A DNA stretch of 64,000 nt from Thiotrichaceae bacterium UBA4486 (GTDB taxonomy: Bacteria > Pseudomonadota > Gammaproteobacteria > Eutrophobiales > Eutrophobiaceae): NCBI GenBank assembly GCA_002389045.1, contig DGNS01000015.1, forward strand, positions 376,894-440,893, read 5' to 3'. Made by a program: the position numbers and the translations under genes. Of this stretch, positions 20,754 to 28,593 are shown piece after piece (within the stretch, counting starts at the first letter, position 1; every line of letters starts with the position of its first letter). The notes beneath the pieces were generated by a model that saw nothing but the letters and a program-made list of their open reading frames with translations, was not told the origin of the DNA and made no database searches.

Positions 20754-22166
20754 TCAAAGCGGCCACTCGTGTACGGGTATGCCGGTATGCTGTTGTTCAA
20801 GATAGGCGCGGCTCAGCACCTGCATGTCACGGCCATGACGAAGAACAAATCCGCGTTGCCAGGCAGCGCCGTTGCGCCCGGTTTTTGTGCGTTCGCGGAT
20901 GATCTCGAGATAGTGGTCGCAATCAGCTGCATTTACTTCAAGGTTGACAAGGCCGGCCCTGGCCAGGGGGATCAGCTGATCGATGATCAACTTGCGAACC
21001 GGGTATATTCTGCCGTCCAGCCAGCGCAACTCACAGTCAAGGCTGTCGCGGGCGGCGCGGTAAAAATTCTCACGCGCGGTCGTGAAATCCATGCAGCTTT
21101 CCGGCGCCACGTCCTGATCGGTGAGCGATCGTGTCAGGCCCCAGAAAAACACGGCATTGGCGATCATGTCATTCAGTGTCGGGCCGGAGGGCACGACACG
21201 GTTTTCAACCCGCAGGTGTACCGTGTCATCGTCTCCAAAACCTATAAGCGGCCGGTTCCAGCGCCACACCGTGCCGTTATGCAGACGCAGATGGGCAAAT
21301 TTTTCGGCAGGCGTGTTCATGTCCATGGGCAGCAACGCCGGAAAATCCCCGAGGTTCTGCTCGAAGCAGGTGAGCAGGCTGTCATGGATATAATCGCGGC
21401 CGAAACTTACGCGTTTGCAAGTCGAGCCATCATCGACGGACTGTTCAAACAGCGGTATCCGGCTTTCATCCCAGAGGTCGTGTCCGAACAGGTAGGGAGA
21501 ATTCGCGCTCATGGCCAGTAGTGGCGCGGAGACAATGGACGCTGCGTTAATGGCGCGGACCGCCTTCTCCGGCCGCACCTGCAGGTGGATCTGGAAGGAG
21601 GTGGTGGCCGCCTCCAGCATGACATCATAATGGCGAACATCCAGATGCTCGCGGCCCTGTATGTCCAGCACCAGCGGCCGGCCGCGACGCTGTGACAGCA
21701 CCTGTTCATTGAGGGCTGTATAACGGGGGCTGAATGACATGTTGGCCAGGCATAACTGGTCGTCGGTGACCGCGGGATGAATACCGATAGTCATCAGGTC
21801 AGCATTCATCCCGGTTGCCACCTCACGACAATGATTCCAGGTAGCTTCAATATCACTGTGTAAAGTACGAAGGGCACGATCCCTGAGGATCTGTGGCGGG
21901 ACATTCAACTCGATGTTGAAGCGCGACAGTTCCATGACCACCATCGGATTGTTCAGCGCCTGCAGAAAGCGATCATTGATGGGGCAGGGCAGTGCCCGAT
22001 CATCAACCAGCCAGGCCTCGATTTCAAAGCCGCCGACATTATGCAGGCTGCAAAATCGGTCATTGCGAAAATATTCCGCGAGTAATTGCGTTTCCGCCTG
22101 TAATTTTTCCGCGAAAACGTCGAAGTCATTTTCAGTGAAATTGCTGGTTGGTATTTCCTGTCCCAT
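20754..22166 (-). CDS. GCS2-family carboxylate-amine ligase (putative plant-type glutamate-cysteine ligase).
   Basis: 470 aa, with the length and conserved blocks of the GCS2 family as found in proteobacterial GshA of group 2. Forms an operon with the M14 gene. Confidence 0.7.
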   Translation of the reverse strand: MGQEIPTSNFTENDFDVFAEKLQAETQLLAEYFRNDRFCSLHNVGGFEIEAWLVDDRALPCPINDRFLQALNNPMVVMELSRFNIELNVPPQILRDRALRTLHSDIEATWNHCREVATGMNADLMTIGIHPAVTDDQLCLANMSFSPRYTALNEQVLSQRRGRPLVLDIQGREHLDVRHYDVMLEAATTSFQIHLQVRPEKAVRAINAASIVSAPLLAMSANSPYLFGHDLWDESRIPLFEQSVDDGSTCKRVSFGRDYIHDSLLTCFEQNLGDFPALLPMDMNTPAEKFAHLRLHNGTVWRWNRPLIGFGDDDTVHLRVENRVVPSGPTLNDMIANAVFFWGLTRSLTDQDVAPESCMDFTTARENFYRAARDSLDCELRWLDGRIYPVRKLIIDQLIPLARAGLVNLEVNAADCDHYLEIIRERTKTGRNGAAWQRGFVLRHGRDMQVLSRAYLEQQHTGIPVHEWPL

Positions 22167-22278
22167 GAATATTGTCGCTGTTCAGTGTCTATACTTGCTA
22201 TATGGTTATGCGATTTGACGGCTGTAATTTCACCCGCACTGGCGAGATCATGGTACCATGCGGCAGCAGGGAGTACGG

Positions 22279-23043
22279 ATGATTCGTGGTATTCTGCTGG
22301 ATCTGAGCGGCGTTCTCTATTCCGGTAACGAGGTCTTGCCGGGGGCGCTGGATGCCGTGCGCAAAATCGACGCTGCCGGTTTGCCGGTACGTTTTATCAC
22401 CAATACCACGCGCAAGACCTCGCGCACTATTCTGGATCAACTGCGCGGCATGCAGTTCGATATACACCCGGATCAGTTGTTTACCGCGCCGCTGGCGGCG
22501 CGTGATTATCTCGACAGTCATCGACTCAATCCCTGGCTGCTCGTGCACCCCGAACTGGTTGATGAATTCCCGGCAGCCGACAGCACAAAAAAGATCAATG
22601 CCGTGCTGGTGGGCGATGCAGCCGATGCCTTTTCTTACGCCAGTATGAATACCGCGTTCCGCTATCTGCTGGACGGCGCGCTGTTGCTGGCCATGGGGGA
22701 TAATCGCTATTTTCGTGATGGCGATGCATTCAGCCTCGATGCCGGCCCATTCGTGCATGCGCTTGAATACGCCACTGACAGCAAGGCCACTGTGATCGGC
22801 AAGCCGGCCGCTGATTTCTATCACAGCGCCGTGCGCAGTCTCGGTTGCCGCCCGGAAGAAACCCTGATGGTCGGGGATGATGTCGACGCGGATGTGCTTG
22901 GCGCGGTGGCCGCCGGCCTTCAGGCCGCGCTGGTCAGAACCGGTAAATACCGCCCGGGTGATGATGAAAAACTGCACGGCAAGGCAGTCTGTGTGGCCGA
23001 TGTTGCCGCGGCGGTGGCGCTGGCGCTGGATAACCCTGCCTGA
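22279..23043 (+). CDS. HAD-superfamily hydrolase, subfamily IIA.
   Basis: GILLDLSGVLY (motif I DxD-like), TN(T/S)T, and GDD..D near the C-terminus. GGAG Shine-Dalgarno 6 nt upstream of the ATG at 22279. Confidence 0.75.
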   Translation: MIRGILLDLSGVLYSGNEVLPGALDAVRKIDAAGLPVRFITNTTRKTSRTILDQLRGMQFDIHPDQLFTAPLAARDYLDSHRLNPWLLVHPELVDEFPAADSTKKINAVLVGDAADAFSYASMNTAFRYLLDGALLLAMGDNRYFRDGDAFSLDAGPFVHALEYATDSKATVIGKPAADFYHSAVRSLGCRPEETLMVGDDVDADVLGAVAAGLQAALVRTGKYRPGDDEKLHGKAVCVADVAAAVALALDNPA

Positions 23044-23148
23044 AAAATAAAGCAGCCGTTTTTTTCAGCGCGTGGTCGGCGCGTGTCTTCCTGTCGAAAT
23101 TGAATATTTCAAAACTTGCCCCGATATTACGGGTCTCACTGGCGGTTA

Positions 23149-23169
23149 AACCCTGACGTTGCATAAATT
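23149..23169 (+). repeat. 25-bp motif copy A (AACCCTGACGTTGCATAAATT) in the htpX promoter region.
   Basis: Matches 24 of 25 positions of the reverse-complemented copy at 24326-24354. It is closely related to the copy at 24159-24185. Confidence 0.6.
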
Positions 23170-23185
23170 ATCGAGGTAACGAATC

Positions 23186-24067
23186 ATGCTGCGAATCGTT
23201 CTGTTTCTGGCGACGAATATCGGTATTTTGCTGGTGCTCAGTGTCACCATGCGGCTGCTCGGCATCGACAGTATGCTCGAACAGCAGGGGGGCGGTCTGA
23301 ACCTGACCGGGCTTTTGATTTTCGCTGCTCTGTTTGGCATGGGGGGTGCGTTCATATCGCTGGCCATGTCCAAATGGCTGGCAAAAAAAACCATGGCTGT
23401 ACAGCTGATCGAAAGACCGGCCAACGCCACCGAACAGTGGCTGACGGCAACGGTGCAGAGCCAGGCCAGGCAGGCCGGCATCGCCATGCCGGAAGTGGGG
23501 ATTTTCAATTCGCCCGCGCCCAACGCCTTTGCCACGGGGATGAACAAAAATGCGGCGCTGGTGGCGGTGAGCAGCGGTTTACTGGAACAGATGAACCGCG
23601 ATGAAGTGGAAGCGGTTCTCGGCCATGAAATCAGTCACGTCGCCAACGGCGACATGGTGACGTTGACCCTGGTGCAGGGTGTGGTCAACACGTTCGTGAT
23701 TTTCTTTTCACGCATCATCGGGCATATGGTCGATCGTCTGGTCTTCAAGGTGCAGCGCGGTCACGGCCCCGGCTTCTGGATAGGCACCATTGCCGCCCAA
23801 CTGATTCTTTCCATAGTGGCCAGCATAATCGTCATGTGGTTTTCGCGTTACCGGGAGTTCCGGGCGGATGCCGGTGGCGCCCGTCTCGCCGGTCGTGAAA
23901 AGATGATTGCGGCGTTGAGGCAACTGCAGCGATCCAGTCAACCGCCTTCCATGCCCGACGAGATGCAGGCATTCGGAATCGCCGGCGGCAGGAGTGCCGG
24001 TTGGAAGAAGCTGTTCATGACCCATCCGCCGCTGGAGGAGAGGATCGCGGCACTGGAGCGATCCTGA
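23186..24067 (+). CDS. htpX: Heat-shock protease HtpX (M48).
   Basis: HEISH zinc motif, four transmembrane segments, and a C-terminal [13 protein letters not shown]. Confidence 0.9.
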   Translation: MLRIVLFLATNIGILLVLSVTMRLLGIDSMLEQQGGGLNLTGLLIFAALFGMGGAFISLAMSKWLAKKTMAVQLIERPANATEQWLTATVQSQARQAGIAMPEVGIFNSPAPNAFATGMNKNAALVAVSSGLLEQMNRDEVEAVLGHEISHVANGDMVTLTLVQGVVNTFVIFFSRIIGHMVDRLVFKVQRGHGPGFWIGTIAAQLILSIVASIIVMWFSRYREFRADAGGARLAGREKMIAALRQLQRSSQPPSMPDEMQAFGIAGGRSAGWKKLFMTHPPLEERIAALERS

Positions 24068-24149
24068 ATGACTGTTGTGAAGCAGCGGTGAATCAGCCGC
24101 CTCCCGGGGTTGTGACAGCTGTTTCTATGCCCGGATTGTGACATTGGGC

Positions 24150-24354
24150 ATCAGGGTTTACCCCTAACGTTGCATAAATTTTTGGATGCAGGGGCTTTTA
24201 GAGCGGTATTTTCCGGGTCGCGCGCAGATTTTTCCAACCGGAGCATAGCTCACTCTATGTGAGGATTGGAAAAAGCGAGCACGGCCCGGAAAATGCTGCT
24301 ATAGAAGGAGCGGAGCTGTCCTGCGCCAAAAATTTATGCAATGTCAGGGTTTAC
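24150..24354. repeat. MITE-like, highly structured intergenic element bounded by inverted copies B and C of the 25-bp motif.
   Basis: Left end CCCTAACGTTGCATAAATTTTTGG (24159-24185). Right end, reverse-complemented, CCCTGACATTGCATAAATTTTTGG (24326-24354). Between them are the nested inverted repeat attttccgggtcg/cggcccggaaaat and the hairpins gagc-ata-gctc and ctcac-tctat-gtgag. Confidence 0.55.
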
Positions 24355-24713
24355 TCAAGGCGGATGTCATCGGCTTTTGTCCAGGGCGGGCTGACCAGGG
24401 CGAGGAATACCAGATCCCCCTGACCCGTATTCTCAATCCACTGTACGGCATCCGGTGGAATGTAGACAACATCGCCTTCGCTGACGTCTTCTGCACTGTC
24501 ATCGATATGCATCCGCCCGTGTCCCTTGAGTATGTAATAGACTTCCGCCTGCTTCAGTTTGTGGCGGTAGGAATGATGCGCGGGCGCTACCCGGGCATGG
24601 GCTATGGAATAGGGAAGGTCGACAGGCTCTTTCGCCGGATGCAATACCTCGCGAATGCGGCAGCCATCGTTGGCGATGAATTCCGGACACGCACCGATAT
24701 TTTTTACAAACAT
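24351..24713 (-). CDS. Cupin-domain protein (120 aa).
   Basis: C-terminal block HSYRHKLKQAEVYYILKGHGRMHIDD....GDVVYIPPDAVQWIENTG is typical of the cupin_2 fold. The upstream extension offered by the ORF track is unlikely to be real. Confidence 0.6.
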   Translation of the reverse strand: MFVKNIGACPEFIANDGCRIREVLHPAKEPVDLPYSIAHARVAPAHHSYRHKLKQAEVYYILKGHGRMHIDDSAEDVSEGDVVYIPPDAVQWIENTGQGDLVFLALVSPPWTKADDIRLE

Positions 24714-24737
24714 GAACGACTCCGTTATAACGTGCCT

Positions 24738-25850
24738 ATGCCGAAGTATACGGGTAATCCCGATTACCAACACGACTCGATACCCCGCATCGGGATCCTC
24801 ATGACCAATCTCGGTACGCCGGATGCACCCACGGCGGCGGCCCTGCGTAAATACCTGGCGGAGTTTCTCGCCGATCCGCGCGTCATCGAGGTTCCGAAAA
24901 TACTCTGGTGGCCGGTATTGCACGGCATTATCCTGCGTACCCGCCCGCGCCGCTCGGCGGAAGCCTATGAAAAAGTCTGGACATCCGAAGGTTCACCCCT
25001 GCTGGCCATCACCCGCAGGCAGGGTGATGCGGTGCAGCGTCTGCTTCGTGAACGCCTTGGCGATAGCGTGAAAGTGGTAATCGCCATGCGCTACGGTGAA
25101 CCGTCCATCCGCCAGGGACTGGAGGAATTGCGCGCCGCCAACGCCCGCAGGATCCTGTTGTTGCCACTGTATCCGCAATACGCGGCGGCAACCACGGCAT
25201 CCACCTTTGATGCCGTCAGTGCCGTGCTGAAAACCTGGCGCTGGCTGCCCGGTCTGCGCATGATCGATCATTACCATGATGATCCTGGCTACATTTCGGC
25301 ACTGGCCGCCGCCATTGAGCGACATCAGGCCACACACGGCAGACCGGACAGACTGATCTTTTCCTTTCACGGTATTCCACGTCATTACTTCGACGCCGGT
25401 GATCCCTATCATTGTGAATGTCAGAAAACCGCGCGCCTGGTTGCGGAAAAAATGCAACTGGGTGATAACGACTGGCAGTTGACGTTTCAGTCGCGTTTCG
25501 GACCGCGTGAGTGGTTACAACCCTATACCGATGTCACGCTGAAAGGGCTGCCCGCACAGGGTGTCCGGCATGTCCAGGTTGTCTGTCCGGGCTTTGCCGC
25601 CGACTGTCTGGAAACACTGGAAGAAATCAATATGCAGAACCGGGAATTTTTCATCAACGCCGGCGGTGAAACATTTTCCTATATACCGGCCCTGAACGAT
25701 GACGAATTGCACATCCAGGCGCTCGCTGATCTGATCACACTGCATCTCGGCGGCTGGATTAACGAAGATGATCAACCCTCGCCGGAATCCCTTGCACAGT
25801 CCGGTGCAACGAGCCGCCAGCGCGCGCTGTCAATGGGTGCAAAAAACTGA
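24738..25850 (+). CDS. hemH: Ferrochelatase.
   Basis: MPKYTGNPDYQHDSIPRIGILMTNLGTPDAPT...FSFHGIP...QSRFGP. This is collinear with HemH. Confidence 0.9.
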   Translation: MPKYTGNPDYQHDSIPRIGILMTNLGTPDAPTAAALRKYLAEFLADPRVIEVPKILWWPVLHGIILRTRPRRSAEAYEKVWTSEGSPLLAITRRQGDAVQRLLRERLGDSVKVVIAMRYGEPSIRQGLEELRAANARRILLLPLYPQYAAATTASTFDAVSAVLKTWRWLPGLRMIDHYHDDPGYISALAAAIERHQATHGRPDRLIFSFHGIPRHYFDAGDPYHCECQKTARLVAEKMQLGDNDWQLTFQSRFGPREWLQPYTDVTLKGLPAQGVRHVQVVCPGFAADCLETLEEINMQNREFFINAGGETFSYIPALNDDELHIQALADLITLHLGGWINEDDQPSPESLAQSGATSRQRALSMGAKN

Positions 25851-25860
25851 ATCGTCATTT

Positions 25861-25888
25861 GCGGATTTCGTTGAAACTGCCGGGGTTC
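25861..25888 (+). promoter_or_regulatory. Sigma70 promoter upstream of cspA, giving a long 5' UTR.
   Basis: TTGAAA (25861-25866), a 16-nt spacer, then TATAAT (25883-25888). This would give a 5' UTR of about 150 nt, as is usual for cold-shock mRNAs. Confidence 0.45.
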
Positions 25889-26043
25889 CGGCTATAATCG
25901 AATTAGCTTATAAAAATCCAGGCCATGGTTTATGTCGTGCATCACGAAGTCCCGCCAGCAGTTCCTCGTAGTGTATTGCATAATGATTAACCGGTTTTTT
26001 ACAGGCGAAAATGCTTCAATCAAGTGCAATACAGGATAATATA

Positions 26044-26253
26044 ATGTCAGAAACAGTAACTGGTAAGGTTAAATTCTTTAACGAATCGAAGGGTTTTGGT
26101 TTCATCACGCAGGCAGATGGACCGGACGTTTTCGTTCACTTCAGTGCAATCCAGGCCGATGGTTTCAAAACCCTGGCCGAGGGGCAGGAAGTAGAATTCA
26201 CCATTGTCGATGGTAAAAAAGGTCCCCAGGCTGAAAACGTAAGACCGCTGTAA
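26044..26253 (+). CDS. cspA: Cold-shock protein, CspA family.
   Basis: [21 protein letters not shown]...[12 protein letters not shown]1 and RNP2 motifs present. Confidence 0.9.
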   Translation: MSETVTGKVKFFNESKGFGFITQADGPDVFVHFSAIQADGFKTLAEGQEVEFTIVDGKKGPQAENVRPL

Positions 26254-26337
26254 GCGGTCCGCGACGTGCCCCGTTTCGGGGCAGTAGTCTATTGCGGTTT
26301 TGCCTGCAGGTGCGGGGCAAGACGGTTATGAACCGGC

Positions 26338-26622
26338 TTACTCGCTGACCTCAACGCCTTTCCAGAAAGCGACGTGGTTCTGTATTTTTTTTGCCAGTCT
26401 TGATGGCGACGGATAATACCAGGCTGCGTCCCTGTTAACCTTGCCGTCGATTACTACGTCATAATACTTCGCTTTGCCTTTCCAGAAACATCGTGTCGTG
26501 GTGTCACTGTCAAAAAAATATTCGCGGTTCAGTGATTCGGGCGGAAAATAGATATTGCCCTCGACTTTCTCGTAGTCATCCGATTGCGCCAGGACGACAC
26601 TGTTCCATTGTGCTTTTGCCAT
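26338..26622 (-). CDS. DUF427-domain protein.
   Basis: MAKAQWNSVVLAQSDDYEKVEGNIYFPPESL...CFWKGKAKYYDV...AAWYYPSP. The last gene of a four-gene operon. Confidence 0.6.
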   Translation of the reverse strand: MAKAQWNSVVLAQSDDYEKVEGNIYFPPESLNREYFFDSDTTTRCFWKGKAKYYDVVIDGKVNRDAAWYYPSPSRLAKKIQNHVAFWKGVEVSE

Positions 26623-26624
26623 GA

Positions 26625-27041
26625 TTACTCCCCGTACAGAGTCACTGTAAATTTTCGGGAATGTCCACTTGTCCTGTGTTCCCACAGGTAGATGCCCTGC
26701 CAGGTGCCGAGCAGGCAGCGCCCGCCCTGTACGGGTATGGATAACCCGGAACCGGTTAATATACTGCGTATATGGGCCACCATATCATCGGGACCCTCCG
26801 CGCTATGCCGGAAATCGGGGTCACCGTCAGGCACGTTCCTCGACATGTAGGTTTCCAGGTCGTCGCGGACCACAGGGTCGGCGTTTTCACACAGAATCAC
26901 CGAAGCACTGGTGTGGTGAACAAAGACATGACATATGCCTGAGTGGATTTTGGCGTCGGCGACAATGTTATTCACATCAGCGGTAATATCCCGGGTGCCT
27001 CGACCGTCCGTCCGTATGCTCAGGGTTTTTTGAATAACCAT
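26625..27041 (-). CDS. yjbQ: YjbQ/UPF0047 family protein (secondary thiamine-phosphate synthase-like).
   Basis: 138 aa, ...ITADVNNIV...ICHVFVHHTSASV...NADP.VR.D... Its start shares a nucleotide with the upstream stop (TAATG). Confidence 0.8.
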   Translation of the reverse strand: MVIQKTLSIRTDGRGTRDITADVNNIVADAKIHSGICHVFVHHTSASVILCENADPVVRDDLETYMSRNVPDGDPDFRHSAEGPDDMVAHIRSILTGSGLSIPVQGGRCLLGTWQGIYLWEHRTSGHSRKFTVTLYGE

Positions 27042-27445
27042 TATTGATACGCCTTCAGTCTGTTCAGTATGAGCCCGAAAAACCGCGTGCCGTTGCTGAA
27101 AACCCAGCCCAGATGCTCATGACAGTTTCCACAAACGGCAATCTGCCACCGATAACCCGCAAACCAGGTATGCTCGGCAGTAGCCGGGCCGATAGCCAGG
27201 CATCCGGGCGCATGGTCAAAGCATCCGATATGGTATTCGACACCGGCCGGGTTGATACACCGGTGTTCATGTGCTGCATTGACCGGGATCCGATCTGCGT
27301 TTGTGGTAATCGAATACCCGCAGAATATGCATCTGAGCTCATGTTCACTGTCCGCGGTCACCTGTTCGTATTGTGATTTTCTCTGCTTTCGTGTTGAGGT
27401 ATCAAGCAGATAACAGCGCAGGAAACGGGCGGATAAACCTGACAT
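27041..27445 (-). CDS. Cereblon-like CULT-domain / Mss4-like zinc-binding protein.
   Basis: CxxC...CxxC pattern (RCIFCGYSI ... AVCGNCHEHLGW) with conserved Trp/His residues, as in bacterial CULT domains. Confidence 0.5.
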   Translation of the reverse strand: MSGLSARFLRCYLLDTSTRKQRKSQYEQVTADSEHELRCIFCGYSITTNADRIPVNAAHEHRCINPAGVEYHIGCFDHAPGCLAIGPATAEHTWFAGYRWQIAVCGNCHEHLGWVFSNGTRFFGLILNRLKAYQ

Positions 27446-27449
27446 GTTT

Positions 27450-28253
27450 CTACATCACCATGCGTATACCGATGAATAACAGGAATACAGAGAAAATGCG
27501 TTTCAGGGTCATAACCGGAAGTGTGTGTGCAAGGCGGGCTCCCAGCGGCGCAAACATCACGCTGGCCAACGCAATCATCGCGGCGGCAGGCCAGTAGACA
27601 TAACCGGTGCTGTAGGGTGGCAACATTTCATTGTCCAGGCCGGTAACCATCATACTGCCCGCCCCGGCAAGCGCGATGGGTAAACCACAGGCGGCGGAGG
27701 TTGCCACTGCCTTGCGAATATCCGTATTACACCACATCAGAAACGGCACCGTCAGCGTGCCGCCGCCAATGCCCAGAATCGTTGACATGGAACCGATAAT
27801 GGTCCCGGACGCCAGCATGCCTGTCGTCTCCGGTAGCACACGTTCCGGCCGTGGTTTCAACCCGAATCCGATTTGCATCGCCACGGCGATTTCAAACACG
27901 CCAAACGCACGACGTAACAGTTCACTGGGCAAGCGGTCGGCGATAATGGCGCCGAGTATGGCGCCGGCAATGATACCCGGCACCAGTTGTCTGACCTCGC
28001 GCCACATGACGGCGCCCCGGCGATGATGTGAGCGGGCCGAGGAGATGGAGGTAAAAATGATCGTTGTCAGCGAGGTGGCGACAGCCACGTGCATGAGATG
28101 TTGCGGTGAAAAATCCTGGGCATGAAACAGGTATACCAGGGCCGGGACGATGACAATCCCGCCGCCCAGTCCCATCATCCCGCCGGTAATCCCCGCCAGG
28201 GCGCCGAGGAGGAGATACAGGATCAGTGTAAGAATGGTGATGTCGGAAACCAT
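27450..28253 (-). CDS. TauE/SafE family (DUF81) sulfite/sulfonate exporter-like membrane protein.
   Basis: 267 aa with 7-8 transmembrane helices and duplicated GxGGG motifs (GLGGGIVIVP, GIGGGTLTVP). Confidence 0.8.
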   Translation of the reverse strand: MVSDITILTLILYLLLGALAGITGGMMGLGGGIVIVPALVYLFHAQDFSPQHLMHVAVATSLTTIIFTSISSARSHHRRGAVMWREVRQLVPGIIAGAILGAIIADRLPSELLRRAFGVFEIAVAMQIGFGLKPRPERVLPETTGMLASGTIIGSMSTILGIGGGTLTVPFLMWCNTDIRKAVATSAACGLPIALAGAGSMMVTGLDNEMLPPYSTGYVYWPAAAMIALASVMFAPLGARLAHTLPVMTLKRIFSVFLLFIGIRMVM

Positions 28254-28593
28254 GATGTGCCTATGTTGTCACTATGATGTCATCATCACAAATAAGGTTC
28301 TGCGGCAGAATCTGTGCATGGAAGTTTTCTCGCCGTGATCGCCAGTGGCATGAAATTGGGGAATTATCGATGACCAGGACAACTATTGTTTGCCGCCATT
28401 TTTCTGCCTTTGCGTTCCTGTCATTCCGGCGAGAGAGCCTGATTTTTATCCATACCCGCAAATACTGCCGCTGAGCCATAATCAGGACTCCGTGCGGGAA
28501 TGGTTACTATGTCAGCATTACGATGCGCCGGTTAACAACAGTTGCTGCGGATTCATTCACTAATTCGCTGCATTAAAGTAAAGTAGGCGTCAT

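Noticed and set aside
23100-23185. A possible sigma32 promoter for htpX (CTTGcCC...).
   Set aside because: Spacing and the -10 element do not fit CTTGAAA-N13-15-CCCCATNT. I could not support it.
24336-24737. The N-terminal 134-aa extension of hemH in the six-frame track.
   Set aside because: Alignment to ferrochelatases begins at MPKYTG... (24738). The extension runs antisense through the cupin gene.
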